Notes: generated by a model from the sequence alone, not told the origin. DNA of 51,897 nt from Elusimicrobiota bacterium (GCA_026388115.1 JAPLKK010000130.1:7032-58928); one strand, 5' to 3'; shown: positions 34,715 to 45,145, numbered from the stretch's first letter. Translations and numbers: made by a program.

Positions 34715-35689
34715 ATGGGCGGCATACTGGTTTGGGCCGAGACGTCGAAGGACGGGATGCGCAAGGCGACCCGCGAAGCCGCGGCCGTGGGCCTGAAGCT
34801 GGCCGAACAGACCGGGGCGCCGCTGGCCGCGGTCGTCTGCGGCGCGACGCCGGAGGCGGCCGCCGGGCTGGGCCGGCTCGGGTTCTCCAAGGTGTACGCC
34901 GCGGCCGGACCCGCGTTCGAGAAGTACTCCAGCGAGGCTTACGCCGCGGCGGTCGCGGACGCGGGCGCGCGCATGGGAGCGGACGTATTCCTGATGGGGG
35001 CTACCGCGCTCGGGCGCGACCTCTCGGCGAGCCTGGCCGCGCGGCTCGACGCGGCGCTGGCCACGGACGTGACCGACATCCAATGGGGCAAGACCCCGCT
35101 GACGGTGATCCGGCCCGTCTACTCCAGCAAGCTCCTCGCCGTGACCGAGCTCGCGGCGGAGCGCAAGGTGCTCTCGCTGCGCCCGAACGTCTTCCACGCG
35201 GGCGCGGAGCGCGAGCAGACCGCCCAGGTCGAGCCGCTCCCTTGCGAGGCCGCGAACATCCGCGCGCAGGTGCTCCGGGCGATCGAGGACGCCGGGGACG
35301 CCCTGGACGTGACCGAGGCGGACATCATCGTCTCCGGAGGCCGCGGAGTCGGCGGCCCCGACGGCTTCAAGCTCATCGCCGACCTCGCCCAGACCCTGCG
35401 CGGCGCGGTGGGCGCGTCGCGGGCGGCCGTGGACGCCGGCTGGATCCACTACAACCACCAGGTGGGACAGACGGGCAAGGCGGTCTCGCCGGTGCTCTAC
35501 ATCGCCTGCGGCATCTCGGGGGCCATCCAGCATTTCGCCGGCATGGGCTCGTCCAAGTTCATCATGGCCGTCAACAAGGACAAGGACGCCCCGATCATGG
35601 AGAAGGCCGACTTCTGCATCGTGGGAGACTTATTCAAAGTGCTGCCGATCCTCAAAGAGGAGCTGGCCAAGGTCGTCAAGACGAACTGA
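34715..35689 (+). CDS. etfA: Electron transfer flavoprotein alpha subunit
   Basis: VSGGRG, GASRAAVDAGW, QVGQTGK, GISGAIQH.AGM, NKDKDAPI. Confidence 0.95.
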   Translation: MGGILVWAETSKDGMRKATREAAAVGLKLAEQTGAPLAAVVCGATPEAAAGLGRLGFSKVYAAAGPAFEKYSSEAYAAAVADAGARMGADVFLMGATALGRDLSASLAARLDAALATDVTDIQWGKTPLTVIRPVYSSKLLAVTELAAERKVLSLRPNVFHAGAEREQTAQVEPLPCEAANIRAQVLRAIEDAGDALDVTEADIIVSGGRGVGGPDGFKLIADLAQTLRGAVGASRAAVDAGWIHYNHQVGQTGKAVSPVLYIACGISGAIQHFAGMGSSKFIMAVNKDKDAPIMEKADFCIVGDLFKVLPILKEELAKVVKTN

Positions 35690-36456
35690 TGGACTACGAG
35701 ATCCTGAAGACCGACGAGAAGGACGCGGTCCTGACGGTCACGCTCAGCCGGCCCCAGGCGCTCAACGCCCTCAACTCCCGGTTCTTTCGGGAGATGGACC
35801 ACGTGCTCGCGGCGGCCGCCGCTAAGCCCGGCCTGCGGGCCATGATCGTGACCGGCGAGGGCAAGGCCTTCGCGGCCGGGGCCGACATCGCCGAGATGGC
35901 GGGCATGGACGCCGCCGCCGCCGCGGAGTTCTCGCGCGCGGGGCAGCGCACCTTCCGCGCCATCGAGGAGTTCGAGCTGCCCGTGATCGCCGCCGTCAAC
36001 GGCTTCGCCCTCGGCGGCGGCTGCGAGCTGGCCCTGTCCTGCGACATCCGCATCGCCAGCGCCGCGGCCAAGTTCGGCCAGCCCGAGGTCAAGCTGGGCC
36101 TGACGCCGGGCTACGCCGGGACCCAGCGGCTGCCGAGGCACGTCGGCGCGGGCAACGCACTGTACCTGCTGCTCGCCGGCGAAATGGTCACGGCTGAGGA
36201 GGCGCTGCGCATGGGGCTGGTGCAGAAGGTGGTGGCCCCGGAGCAAGTGATGGCCGAGGCGCTGGACCTCGCCAAGAAGATCGCCGCCAGGGGCCCGCAG
36301 TCCGTGCGCAAGGTCAAGCGCCTCGTCCGCCAGGGGCTGCTCTCGACGTTCGACGCGGGCTGCGCGATGGAGTCGACGGAGTTCGCCTCCCTGTTCGGCG
36401 GCGAGGGCGGCGAGGGCATGAAGGCTTTCTTGGAAAAACGTCAACCCAAATGGTGA
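35689..36456 (+). CDS. crt: Enoyl-CoA hydratase (crotonase)
   Basis: RP.ALNAL, AFAAGADI, NGFALGGGCE, FGQPEV.LG..PG..GTQRL; TGATG coupling to etfA. Confidence 0.92.
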   Translation: MDYEILKTDEKDAVLTVTLSRPQALNALNSRFFREMDHVLAAAAAKPGLRAMIVTGEGKAFAAGADIAEMAGMDAAAAAEFSRAGQRTFRAIEEFELPVIAAVNGFALGGGCELALSCDIRIASAAAKFGQPEVKLGLTPGYAGTQRLPRHVGAGNALYLLLAGEMVTAEEALRMGLVQKVVAPEQVMAEALDLAKKIAARGPQSVRKVKRLVRQGLLSTFDAGCAMESTEFASLFGGEGGEGMKAFLEKRQPKW

Positions 36457-36459
36457 ACC

Positions 36460-37812
36460 ATGGACTACGCGCAACGGCTTGAGAACGTCGCGGTGCTGGG
36501 CGCCGCGGGCAAGATGGGCAGCGGCATCGTGCTGCTGGTCGCCGTGGAGATGGCGGACCTGGGCCTGAAGCCGGAGAACAAGGGCAAGAAATACGTGCTC
36601 CATGCCGTGGACGTCTCGCACGCGGCCCTGTCGGGGCTGATGAAGTACATGCGGGAGCAGGCGCGCAAGACCGCGGAGAAGCGCATCGTCGCCTTGCGCG
36701 CGGTCTACGCGGACCGGCCCGACCTCGTCGAGAACCGGGACATCATCGAGCAGTACGTCTGCGACGTGCTCGACGTGATCCGCCCGGTCACCGTGCTCGA
36801 GGCGGCCTGCGAGGCCAACGTGATCTTCGAGGCCGTCAGCGAGGACGTGGAGCTCAAGGCACGGCTGCTCACCCGCGTGGCGGCCGACAATCCCCGCCGG
36901 CCGTGGGTGTTCACCAACACCTCCTCGGTCCCGATCGAGGAGATCGACGCCAAGGCCCGGCTCGGCGGCCGGATCATGGGCTTCCATTTCTACAACCCGC
37001 CCGCCGTGCAGAAGCTGGTGGAGCTCATCCGCGGCCGGACCACGCTGCCGGAGGTGGCGGAGTTCGCGCAAGCGCTCACGAAGAGCCTGCGCAAGACCGT
37101 CGTGCCCTCCAGCGACACCGCCGGCTTCATCGGCAACGGGCATTTCATGCGCGACCTGCTCCATGCCATCGCCGAGGCCGAGCGGTTGAGCCGCGAGATG
37201 CCGTTCGTGGAGGCGGTGTACGCGGTCAACCGGGTCAGCCAGGATTTCCTCGTGCGGCCCATGGGCATCTTCCAGCTCGCGGACTACGTCGGGCTCGACG
37301 TGTGCCAGTGCATCCTGCGGGTGATGGACCCCCGGCTGCCGGGGCAGAACCTGCGCAGCCCGCTGATCGACCGCCTGCTGGGCCTCGGCGTGCGCGGCGG
37401 CCAGAACCACGACGGTTCCCAGAAGGACGGGTTCCTGCGCTACGAGCGGGGCAAGCCGGCCGGGGTGTACGATCCCGAGGGCAAGCGGTACGTTCCGATC
37501 TCCGAGTTCCAGGCGACGGCGGACGCGAAGCTGGGACCGCTGCCGGAGCCGGCGCTGGCGTGGAAGGCGGCGGTACGGCATCCCGCCCGGGAGAAGGTCT
37601 TGGCGGACTTCTTCGGCAAGCTCGAGACCCTGCGGACGCCGGGAGCCGAGCTGGCGCGGCGCTACGGCGCGCGCTCGCGCGAGATCGGCCTCGGGCTGGT
37701 GCGCGACGGCGTGGCCGCCAAGGCCGAGGACGTGAACACGGTCCTGCTGACGGGCTTCTTCCACGCTTACGGACCGATCAACGACTACTTCTCCGAAAAG
37801 GTGGCGCGATGA
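36460..37812 (+). CDS. 3-hydroxyacyl-CoA dehydrogenase, extended form
   Basis: GAAGKMGSGI, EAV.E...K, TNTSS, GFHFYNPP...KLVE, GFIGN, PMG.F.L.D.VGLDV. Confidence 0.88.
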   Translation: MDYAQRLENVAVLGAAGKMGSGIVLLVAVEMADLGLKPENKGKKYVLHAVDVSHAALSGLMKYMREQARKTAEKRIVALRAVYADRPDLVENRDIIEQYVCDVLDVIRPVTVLEAACEANVIFEAVSEDVELKARLLTRVAADNPRRPWVFTNTSSVPIEEIDAKARLGGRIMGFHFYNPPAVQKLVELIRGRTTLPEVAEFAQALTKSLRKTVVPSSDTAGFIGNGHFMRDLLHAIAEAERLSREMPFVEAVYAVNRVSQDFLVRPMGIFQLADYVGLDVCQCILRVMDPRLPGQNLRSPLIDRLLGLGVRGGQNHDGSQKDGFLRYERGKPAGVYDPEGKRYVPISEFQATADAKLGPLPEPALAWKAAVRHPAREKVLADFFGKLETLRTPGAELARRYGARSREIGLGLVRDGVAAKAEDVNTVLLTGFFHAYGPINDYFSEKVAR

Positions 37813-39062
37813 ACACCGCGAACAGACCGCGACGAAAGGTGTACGTGGCCGCAGGCTACAACACCGTCTCCATGGGGACGGGCAGGAAGGAATTCAGCCC
37901 CAAGAAACCGCGCCCGGGGCTGGAAGATTACATCCAGCAGGCCGGCCGGGGCGTGTTGGGACAGATCGGCGGCGCCAAGAACGTCGACGAGGGCGTCATC
38001 GGCAACTTCATGGCTGCCCGCTTCAACAGCCAGGGAAACCTCGCCGCCCTCATCCCGGCCATCGACCCGGGCCTGCAGTACAAGCCATGCACACGGACAG
38101 AGGGCGCTTGCTGTTCCGGAGCCTTGGCGCTGATGTCCGCCGTCAAGTCCGTGCTGGCCGAGACCGCCGAGACCGTCCTGGCCGTCGGCGTCGAGGTCCA
38201 GAACACGGTGAAGGCGGTCTACGGGGCCGACATACTGGCCACGGCCGGCTGGAGCCGGGAGCGAAAGGCGGGCCACGCGTATTTCTTCCCCGGCAAGTTC
38301 AGCGACCGCGCCGGCGCCTACTTCCAAAAGCACGGGCGCGAGCGCACCCGCAAAGCCATGGCGCGCTGGTACCGCAACGCCATCGAGAACGCGCGGCTGT
38401 GCCCCACGGCCCAGGAGCACCACAACACCGCCAAGGACCTCGAGGCGCTGGCCATGGCCGAGCCCAACCCGAAGAGCTTCGTCGAGCATCTGAACTTCTA
38501 CGATTGCTCCAAGGTGTCCGACGGCGCCTGCGCCGCGGCCGTCCTCTCCGAGGAGGGGCTCCGCCGCGCGGGCATCCCGAAGAGCGAGGCGGTGGAGATC
38601 GTCGCCTGGGGACAGGTGGAGGCCGACCTCACGCGAGCGCCGGAAGACCCGACCCGTCTCGAGACCACGCGGCAGGCGGTCGAACAGGCGCTCAAGGCGG
38701 CGGGCGTCGCCACAGACCGGCTGCGCACCGTCGAGGCCCACGACTGCTTCACCATCGCGGGGCTCATGGCGGTCGAGGCCATCGGTTTGGCCAAGCCCGG
38801 CGAGGGGCCCGATTTCGTGCTGGCCGGCGAGACGTCCCGCGGCGGGCGCGTGCCCGTCAACACCACCGGCGGCCTCATCGGCTGGGGCCATCCCACCGGC
38901 GCGACCGGCGTGCACCAAGCGGTGACGCTCTGGGAACAGCTCACGGGCAAGGCGGGCGACTGCCAGCTCGAGCCGGATGCGAAGCGGCCCTACGGCCTCT
39001 CCATCAACATGGGCGGAGACGACAAGACCGTGGTCGCCATCCTGTACCGCAAAGGCGGTTAA
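37809..39062 (+). CDS. SCP2-type thiolase (no SCP2 domain)
   Basis: EGACCSG, CSKVSDGA, EAHDCFT, GHPTGATG, NMGG; ATGA overlap with the dehydrogenase. Confidence 0.88.
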   Translation: MNTANRPRRKVYVAAGYNTVSMGTGRKEFSPKKPRPGLEDYIQQAGRGVLGQIGGAKNVDEGVIGNFMAARFNSQGNLAALIPAIDPGLQYKPCTRTEGACCSGALALMSAVKSVLAETAETVLAVGVEVQNTVKAVYGADILATAGWSRERKAGHAYFFPGKFSDRAGAYFQKHGRERTRKAMARWYRNAIENARLCPTAQEHHNTAKDLEALAMAEPNPKSFVEHLNFYDCSKVSDGACAAAVLSEEGLRRAGIPKSEAVEIVAWGQVEADLTRAPEDPTRLETTRQAVEQALKAAGVATDRLRTVEAHDCFTIAGLMAVEAIGLAKPGEGPDFVLAGETSRGGRVPVNTTGGLIGWGHPTGATGVHQAVTLWEQLTGKAGDCQLEPDAKRPYGLSINMGGDDKTVVAILYRKGG

Positions 39063-39068
39063 GCGCCC

Positions 39069-40973
39069 GTGCGCTGGCACACTGTAGACGCCGTCGTCGT
39101 AGGGACCGTCCTCCCTATCGCCGTCGGGCTGTTCCTGCGGACGGTCTGGGGCAAGTTCCGGCTGCTGCGGGCGTTGGCCCCGTCGCCCGAACCCGTGGCG
39201 GAGCACCCGCGTCGGTTGCGGGAGCTTTTGACCGTGTTCCTCGGGCAGGAGAAGCTCTTCCAAGACCCCGTGCCCGGGATCATGCATGCCGTCATCTTCT
39301 GGGGCTTCTGCGTGCTGCTCTTGCGCGCCCTGACCCTCTTCGGCATGTCTTTCGCCGGCTTCGAATTCCACCTCCCGTGGCTTGGCCGCGAGACCGTGCT
39401 CGGGCATTGCTACGGCCTGTCGAAGGACACGGCCAATATCGCCGTCAGCGTCATGGTGCTCGTGGCTCTTTGGCGCCGCTATGTGGCCCGCGTGCCGAGG
39501 CTGCGCAACACCGGAGCCGCCCTGTTCGTGCTGCTGATGATCCTGGGGCTGATGCTCAGCGACATGGTGTTCGAGGCGGCCCTGCGCGGCGCGATCCCGG
39601 CGCCCGCGGGGCACGCGGCCCTGCTGTTCCATTGCGTCGGCATCCTGGTGTTCTTGGCCTATCTGCCCACGGGCAAGCACATGCACGTGATCTCGTCGGT
39701 CTTCAACGTCTACCTGCGGCCCCTGCACCGCAGCGGAAGATTGACCAAGCTGGACATGGCGGATGAGAAGGTCGAGACCTTCGGCACGCCCCATATCGAG
39801 CAGCTGACCTGGAAGGACGGCCTGGACCTCTACACCTGCACGGAATGCGGCCGCTGCAATGAAGCGTGCCCCGCCAACGGCGTCGGCAAGAAGCTGGCCC
39901 CGCGCGAGATCGTGACCGCCGAGAAGGAATGCCTGCAGCGCGAGGCCGGGCGCCTGCTCCGCAGCGACGGCAAGGAGGCCGAGGAGCTGACGCCCGCCGT
40001 CGTCTCAGCCGAGGAGATCTGGGCCTGCACCGCCTGCCAAGCCTGCGAACAAGCCTGCCCCGTCAACATCTCCCACGTGCAGCGCATCAATTCCCTGCGG
40101 CGAAGCGAAGTGATGATGCAGGGGAGGTTCCCGGCGGAGCTCAAGCGGGTCTTCAAGGGCCTGGAGACGAACTCCAATCCCTGGGGCGTCGGCTCCTCCC
40201 GCCGCATGGAGTGGGCCAAGGGCTTGGACCTGCCGCTGTGGCGACAGACCAAGGGCGCCGAATACCTGCTTTACTTCGGCTGCGCCGGCAGCCTCGACGA
40301 CCGCGCGGTCAAGGTCAGCCGCAGCCTGGTCAGCCTGCTCAAGCGCTGCGGGGTCTCCTTCGCGGTCCTGGGCGAGGAAGAGCCGTGCTGCGGCGAGACC
40401 GCCCGGCGGCTGGGCGAGGAGGCCCTCGGCCAGACGCTGGTCGAGCAGAACGTCGCGCTCTTCAACGAGCTGGGGGTCAAGAAGATCCTGACCTCCTGCC
40501 CGCATTGCTACAACACGTTCAAGAACGAGTACCCGGATTTCGGCGCGAAGCTCGAAGTCGTCCATCACACCCAGCTCCTGCAGGACCTGGTCCGCCAAGG
40601 CAGCCTCAGGCCTGGCGCCGCAACGGCCGCGCGGGTGGCGATCCATGATTCCTGCTACCTCGGACGGGTCAACGGCGTGTTCCAGCCCGCGCGCGACCTG
40701 CTCGCGGCCGTCGGCGGCGTGGAAGCGGCGGAGCCCCGGCGCTCCGGCGAGCGAGGCTTCTGCTGCGGGGCCGGCGGAGGGATGTTCTGGCTCGAGGAGA
40801 AGGGGGAGCGCATCAACTACGAGCGGGTGCGCCAGCTGGCCGAGACCCAGCCCGCGGTCATCGCCACCTCCTGTCCCTACTGCCTGACGATGCTGGAGAC
40901 GGGGGTCGCCGACATCGGCCGCGAGGGCATCGCCGTCAAGGATCTGGCCGAGATACTGGACGAGGCGCGGTAA
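39069..40973 (+). CDS. fadF: FadF/HdrD-like membrane Fe-S oxidoreductase
   Basis: N-terminal TMs with H..IFWGF and KHMH; CTECGRC...CPA, CTACQAC...CPV; two CCG domains (CCG, TSCPHC, HDSCYLGR, CCGAGGG, CPYC). Confidence 0.9.
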   Translation: MRWHTVDAVVVGTVLPIAVGLFLRTVWGKFRLLRALAPSPEPVAEHPRRLRELLTVFLGQEKLFQDPVPGIMHAVIFWGFCVLLLRALTLFGMSFAGFEFHLPWLGRETVLGHCYGLSKDTANIAVSVMVLVALWRRYVARVPRLRNTGAALFVLLMILGLMLSDMVFEAALRGAIPAPAGHAALLFHCVGILVFLAYLPTGKHMHVISSVFNVYLRPLHRSGRLTKLDMADEKVETFGTPHIEQLTWKDGLDLYTCTECGRCNEACPANGVGKKLAPREIVTAEKECLQREAGRLLRSDGKEAEELTPAVVSAEEIWACTACQACEQACPVNISHVQRINSLRRSEVMMQGRFPAELKRVFKGLETNSNPWGVGSSRRMEWAKGLDLPLWRQTKGAEYLLYFGCAGSLDDRAVKVSRSLVSLLKRCGVSFAVLGEEEPCCGETARRLGEEALGQTLVEQNVALFNELGVKKILTSCPHCYNTFKNEYPDFGAKLEVVHHTQLLQDLVRQGSLRPGAATAARVAIHDSCYLGRVNGVFQPARDLLAAVGGVEAAEPRRSGERGFCCGAGGGMFWLEEKGERINYERVRQLAETQPAVIATSCPYCLTMLETGVADIGREGIAVKDLAEILDEAR

Positions 40974-40996
40974 GACAGCGCGCGACGACAGTCCGC

Positions 40997-43216
40997 ATGT
41001 CAAAAAATAAGAAGCACGCCCCGGAGGTGCCCCCGCCTCCTTCCCCCTTTTGGTTGCCGGCGCTCCTCTTCCTGGCCCTCCCCATCTACGAGATGCGCTG
41101 CGCGCTCGCTGAGCACGACTTCCCTCACAAGGCGACGTTCGTCCATGACCAGGTCCTGAGCGCGCTCTCGATCCTCTGCTTCGTCGCCGCCGCCGGCCTC
41201 GCGGTCAGCGCCAGAGTCCGGGACGCGGTCCGCGACCACCTGGACTCGCTCGGCCGGCGCCCTGCGCGCGCCCACGCCATCTGGTTGGGGGCGGGCTTTC
41301 TGGCGCTGTGGGCGTGGCTGTGGTTCATCCGCTATTGCCAGTACCGAAGCTTCGGGCTGGCGGTCGACACCACCGACAGCATCAGCATGGCCCATCATTT
41401 CGTGCATTTCGGGACGCTGGTCCGCCCGGCCGAGGGGATCAGCAACGGATTGTCCGAGCATTTCACCCTGCTCGAGGCGGTCTTCTCGCCGCTCACGCTC
41501 CTTTCGCGCAGCCCTGTCCTGCTGCTGCTGGCGGAGAACTTCTTGTTGGTATCGGGACCCATCGCCGTTTACGGCCTGGTGTGGACGCTGACCGCATCGT
41601 CTTTCGCCGCCTTCGCCGGTCTGCTCCTCGCGCTGTCGTCTCCGGTGTTCTACGAGGTCCTCACCGCCAACTTCTCACTCTCCTTCAACTGGCAGGGAGT
41701 CCTCATGCTCTGGGCGATGCTTTTCGCCTTGCGTCGCCGCTGGTGGAGTGCGGGGCTGTTGACGCTCCTGCTGGCCGGCTGCACCGAGGAGATGCCGGTG
41801 GTGTTCTTCGGGCTCGGCCTGTACTCGATCCACGCGCTCGGCTGGAGGCAGTGGAGGAGCTGGCTGATCGGCCTCGGGATCTGCGCAGCGAGCCTCGGCC
41901 TTTGGTTCTACGAGCAGGACGTCATGCGCCACTTCAGCGCATTGGAAGGCACGGTCGGGCGAGGGGTCCTCGTGCGGCCGGAGCATTTCCGGCTCCTCGT
42001 CCCCGAGGGGACGCCCACGGACCGCATCCTCATCGAAATCGTCTCGCACCCGCTTCGCACGTTCGCCGGCCTCTTCTCCTCCCATTACAACTTCTACCCG
42101 ACCTTGCAACTCTTGTTCTCCTCGGGGTTGCTGCCTCTGCTGTCGCCGTGGCAACTGCTCCCCTTCGCGTGCGCCGATCTTCCCCACCTCTTGGCTACAT
42201 TTCAGATCAGGCCGGAGAGCCTCCTTGGCGGCATCCCGAACGATGTCGGGTTCCAGAACTTCGGCCTCCGCTATGGCGCCATCGTGTGGGGTCCGTTGTT
42301 CTGGGCGACCGCCTACGGCATCCAAAAGGCCTACCTCTGGTTAAGCTCCAGGAAATGGGAAGGGTGGCTTCTCGTATGGGCTCTCCTCGTCGCCGGCTTC
42401 GGCTTCCGGGTCGCCCATCGCACCTTGAGCGCAGCCTCGATGGTCAAGGCACAGTGGTTCGACGCGGTTCCCGCCCTCGCCTCGCGGATACCTCCGGACG
42501 CCCGGGTCTGGACCGACGAGTGGGCTTCTCCCGTCCTGGCGAACCGCCCGTGGATCGACTCGCTGACCATGTATCGCCAGGCCCAGCACGGAAGGTTGTT
42601 CCGTCCCGACTTCGTCCTCTATCCCCGGGAGTTCTCGTACTACGCGCCCTCGCCGTACAAGCTGCAAGTGCTGACCTTCCTGGCGCGGGAGGGCTACGTG
42701 AAGGTCGCCGAGGAGTCCGATTTCCTTCTCTTGGCGCACCCGAAGCCCGATCCTCATCCGACGGCCACGCCGCAGTGGATCGAACTTCCGGCGCCACAGG
42801 AGAGGGTAGCGGCAATCTATGTCCGGGACGTGCTGACCGGAGGCGCGCAAGCGTCGTCGAACGGGCCCGGCGCGCTCGCAGAGTTACCTGATGCGGAAGC
42901 GATCAACGCCGAAGCGGAGAAACTTTCGAGCCAAGGCCGCTTCGATGAGATCGCGGATGCCTTTCGGAAGTTGATCCGCTGGGATTCCAAGCTCTTTCAG
43001 GCCCGAGTCAATCTTGGAATTACCCTCGCAGATCAACAGAAGTGGAAGGAGGCCGAGGAGCAGTTCCGGACGGCGATCGAGTTGAGCCCGAACCACCCGC
43101 AGTCCCACTTCAACCTGGGTGAATGCCTGCGGTTCCAGAACCGCATCGACGAGGCGACGACGGAGTACGCTGAAGCCAAGCGATTGGACCCCAAACACTT
43201 CGCGGCCCTTCCGTAG
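40997..43216 (+). CDS. DUF2079-like polytopic membrane protein (GT-C-like) with C-terminal TPRs
   Basis: About 10 hydrophobic segments, D....H / EHF loop, CTEE motif; C-terminal ARVNLG..L, HFNLG..L TPR pattern. Confidence 0.7.
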   Translation: MSKNKKHAPEVPPPPSPFWLPALLFLALPIYEMRCALAEHDFPHKATFVHDQVLSALSILCFVAAAGLAVSARVRDAVRDHLDSLGRRPARAHAIWLGAGFLALWAWLWFIRYCQYRSFGLAVDTTDSISMAHHFVHFGTLVRPAEGISNGLSEHFTLLEAVFSPLTLLSRSPVLLLLAENFLLVSGPIAVYGLVWTLTASSFAAFAGLLLALSSPVFYEVLTANFSLSFNWQGVLMLWAMLFALRRRWWSAGLLTLLLAGCTEEMPVVFFGLGLYSIHALGWRQWRSWLIGLGICAASLGLWFYEQDVMRHFSALEGTVGRGVLVRPEHFRLLVPEGTPTDRILIEIVSHPLRTFAGLFSSHYNFYPTLQLLFSSGLLPLLSPWQLLPFACADLPHLLATFQIRPESLLGGIPNDVGFQNFGLRYGAIVWGPLFWATAYGIQKAYLWLSSRKWEGWLLVWALLVAGFGFRVAHRTLSAASMVKAQWFDAVPALASRIPPDARVWTDEWASPVLANRPWIDSLTMYRQAQHGRLFRPDFVLYPREFSYYAPSPYKLQVLTFLAREGYVKVAEESDFLLLAHPKPDPHPTATPQWIELPAPQERVAAIYVRDVLTGGAQASSNGPGALAELPDAEAINAEAEKLSSQGRFDEIADAFRKLIRWDSKLFQARVNLGITLADQQKWKEAEEQFRTAIELSPNHPQSHFNLGECLRFQNRIDEATTEYAEAKRLDPKHFAALP

Positions 43217-43265
43217 CGCAGGGCGCGACTACCGGTTACGCGACGCGTGGCGCGCAATGAGCAGG

Positions 43266-44363
43266 CTACTTGGCCGAGCAGCGGTCCACGGAGTGGACCT
43301 CCCAATAGAGCTCTTCGCGGAACTCGGGGGTGATGTCCAGGCGCCCGATCGAGGCCTTCGAGAATATCTCGCGCAGGGGCGCGGCGTTGTAGGACTTGGC
43401 TCCGTGGAAGACCTTGTGGATGAGCTCGTTGACCGGCCCGGCGCCCTGGTTGTAGGCGGCCACGGCGGTGAGCCACCCCCTGCGCTCGCCGGTCACCTCC
43501 GTGAAGCGGTCGCGGCGCATATACGCCAGGTACGCGGCGCCCAAGCCGAAGTTGGTCTCGAGGTTGAAGATATGGCCGTGCTCGTCTTTGTGGGAGAGCA
43601 CGGCGCGACGCTTCGCCCTCTGCTTGGCGGCGATCTCGGAGGCGGGCGCTCCGGAAGCCTGGAGAGCTCGGATCTCTTTCGCGAGCGCGTCCACGTCGGG
43701 CGCGCCCTCGACGCCCGCGGGCATGCTCGCGCCGAGCTGCCGCGCGTAGGCTTCCGTCTGCGCCCAAAGCGTAGGATCTGCCCGCAGGCGCGAGATGACC
43801 ATGGCGACGGTGTCGTTGGTGAGCTGAGCCACGCCCTTGGCGGAGGTCGTCCAGCCCGAAGCCCGCGGGTCGAAGCTCGATTCGCGGAAGGTCAGGCACA
43901 TGAGCAAGGCGGAAGGGATGTCGAAGTTCTCGGCCGCCGCGCGGGTGGCGCGCACCAGCCGCCACAAGTCGGTGGCCGCGAAGCCCGCGTCGCGGGACAC
44001 GTCCAAACGCACGCCCTTTTTCAAGAAGTGGCGGATCAGGGCCGGCCGGTCCTTGTACACCTCGGAGGGCAGCTGCGGGATGTTGAGGACCGTGAGGATG
44101 AAGGACTTCTCGACCTCCGACAACCGGCGCCCCTTGTGGGCCGCGAGCAGCTCGGCGTACTGGGCCTGCGCCTCGACGCTGACCGGCGCGCCCAACCCAT
44201 CCACCGCCGCCGTCGAGCTCGCGGGCGCGCGAAGCTCGCGGGCCCCGGCCCGGGGCCCGCCGCTCCCACCTCCGGGCTGGGCAGCCCAGAGCGGCATGAG
44301 GGTCAGCATCAGCAACAGCGCCATCACCACTTCGACTTTACCTCTCAAGCGGACGCCATGCAA
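43266..44363 (-). CDS. Secreted lytic transglycosylase (SLT domain); start may be ATG 44324
   Basis: RESSFDP.A, SAKGVAQL, N...GA.YL, AAYNQGAG; signal-like N-terminus. Confidence 0.8.
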   Translation of the reverse strand: MHGVRLRGKVEVVMALLLMLTLMPLWAAQPGGGSGGPRAGARELRAPASSTAAVDGLGAPVSVEAQAQYAELLAAHKGRRLSEVEKSFILTVLNIPQLPSEVYKDRPALIRHFLKKGVRLDVSRDAGFAATDLWRLVRATRAAAENFDIPSALLMCLTFRESSFDPRASGWTTSAKGVAQLTNDTVAMVISRLRADPTLWAQTEAYARQLGASMPAGVEGAPDVDALAKEIRALQASGAPASEIAAKQRAKRRAVLSHKDEHGHIFNLETNFGLGAAYLAYMRRDRFTEVTGERRGWLTAVAAYNQGAGPVNELIHKVFHGAKSYNAAPLREIFSKASIGRLDITPEFREELYWEVHSVDRCSAK

Positions 44364-44454
44364 ACGTCTTCTGACCCCCTGTTCGTTTACCGGCCGCCGG
44401 ATTACGTGTTATCATCTCTCGTCGGCCTTGCCGTCGCGGCCGACGTGCAGATCC

Positions 44455-45141
44455 ATGGCCGGCGAAAAGATCCTCATCGTCGAAGACGACCTGGCCTTCC
44501 TCAGGCTGCTGAAGGAAGGATTGCAGGCCGAGCGGTACCAGGTCTCCACCGCGCGGGATGTCTTCCAAGCCCGCATCGAAGTCAAGCGCGCCCCCCCCGC
44601 GTTGATGCTGCTGGACGTGGGCCTGCCGGACGAGAGCGGGCTCGACCTGTGCCGCGAGCTCAGAGCCGAGCCGCGCACGGCGAGCCTGCCGATCCTCTTC
44701 GTGACCGGCAAGAAGAGCCTCGCGGACAAGGTGCTGGGGCTGAAGCTCGGAGGCGACGACTACCTCACCAAGCCCTTCGAGCTTCCCGAGCTGCTCGCGC
44801 GGGTCGAGGCCTTGCTCCGGCGCTCCAAAGGCGCGGGCGGGGCGGCCGAGAGCTTGGCGGAAGGGGAACTGCGCGTGGACTTGGCCGCGCACCAGGCGTA
44901 TCTTAAAGGAAAGCCTCTGAAGCTCTGGCCGAAGGAGTTCTTGCTGCTGGAAGCCTTCCTCCGCGCGAGGAACCGGATGCTCACGCGCCAACATCTCTAC
45001 GAGGCCGTCTGGCGGGTCCCCTACGACGGCAACACCCGGCAGGTCGATTTCCTCGTCCACCGCCTGCGCCAGAGGCTGGGGCCCTACGAGGACCGCATCG
45101 TCGGCGTGCGCGGGCTCGGCTACCGCTTCGAAAGCCGCTGA
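44455..45141 (+). CDS. OmpR-family response regulator
   Basis: ILIVEDD, LLDVGLP, GGDDYLTKPF, KEF.LL, VD....RLR..L, VRGLGYRF; TGTTATCAT extended -10 upstream. Confidence 0.93.
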   Translation: MAGEKILIVEDDLAFLRLLKEGLQAERYQVSTARDVFQARIEVKRAPPALMLLDVGLPDESGLDLCRELRAEPRTASLPILFVTGKKSLADKVLGLKLGGDDYLTKPFELPELLARVEALLRRSKGAGGAAESLAEGELRVDLAAHQAYLKGKPLKLWPKEFLLLEAFLRARNRMLTRQHLYEAVWRVPYDGNTRQVDFLVHRLRQRLGPYEDRIVGVRGLGYRFESR

Positions 45142-45145
45142 CCCG

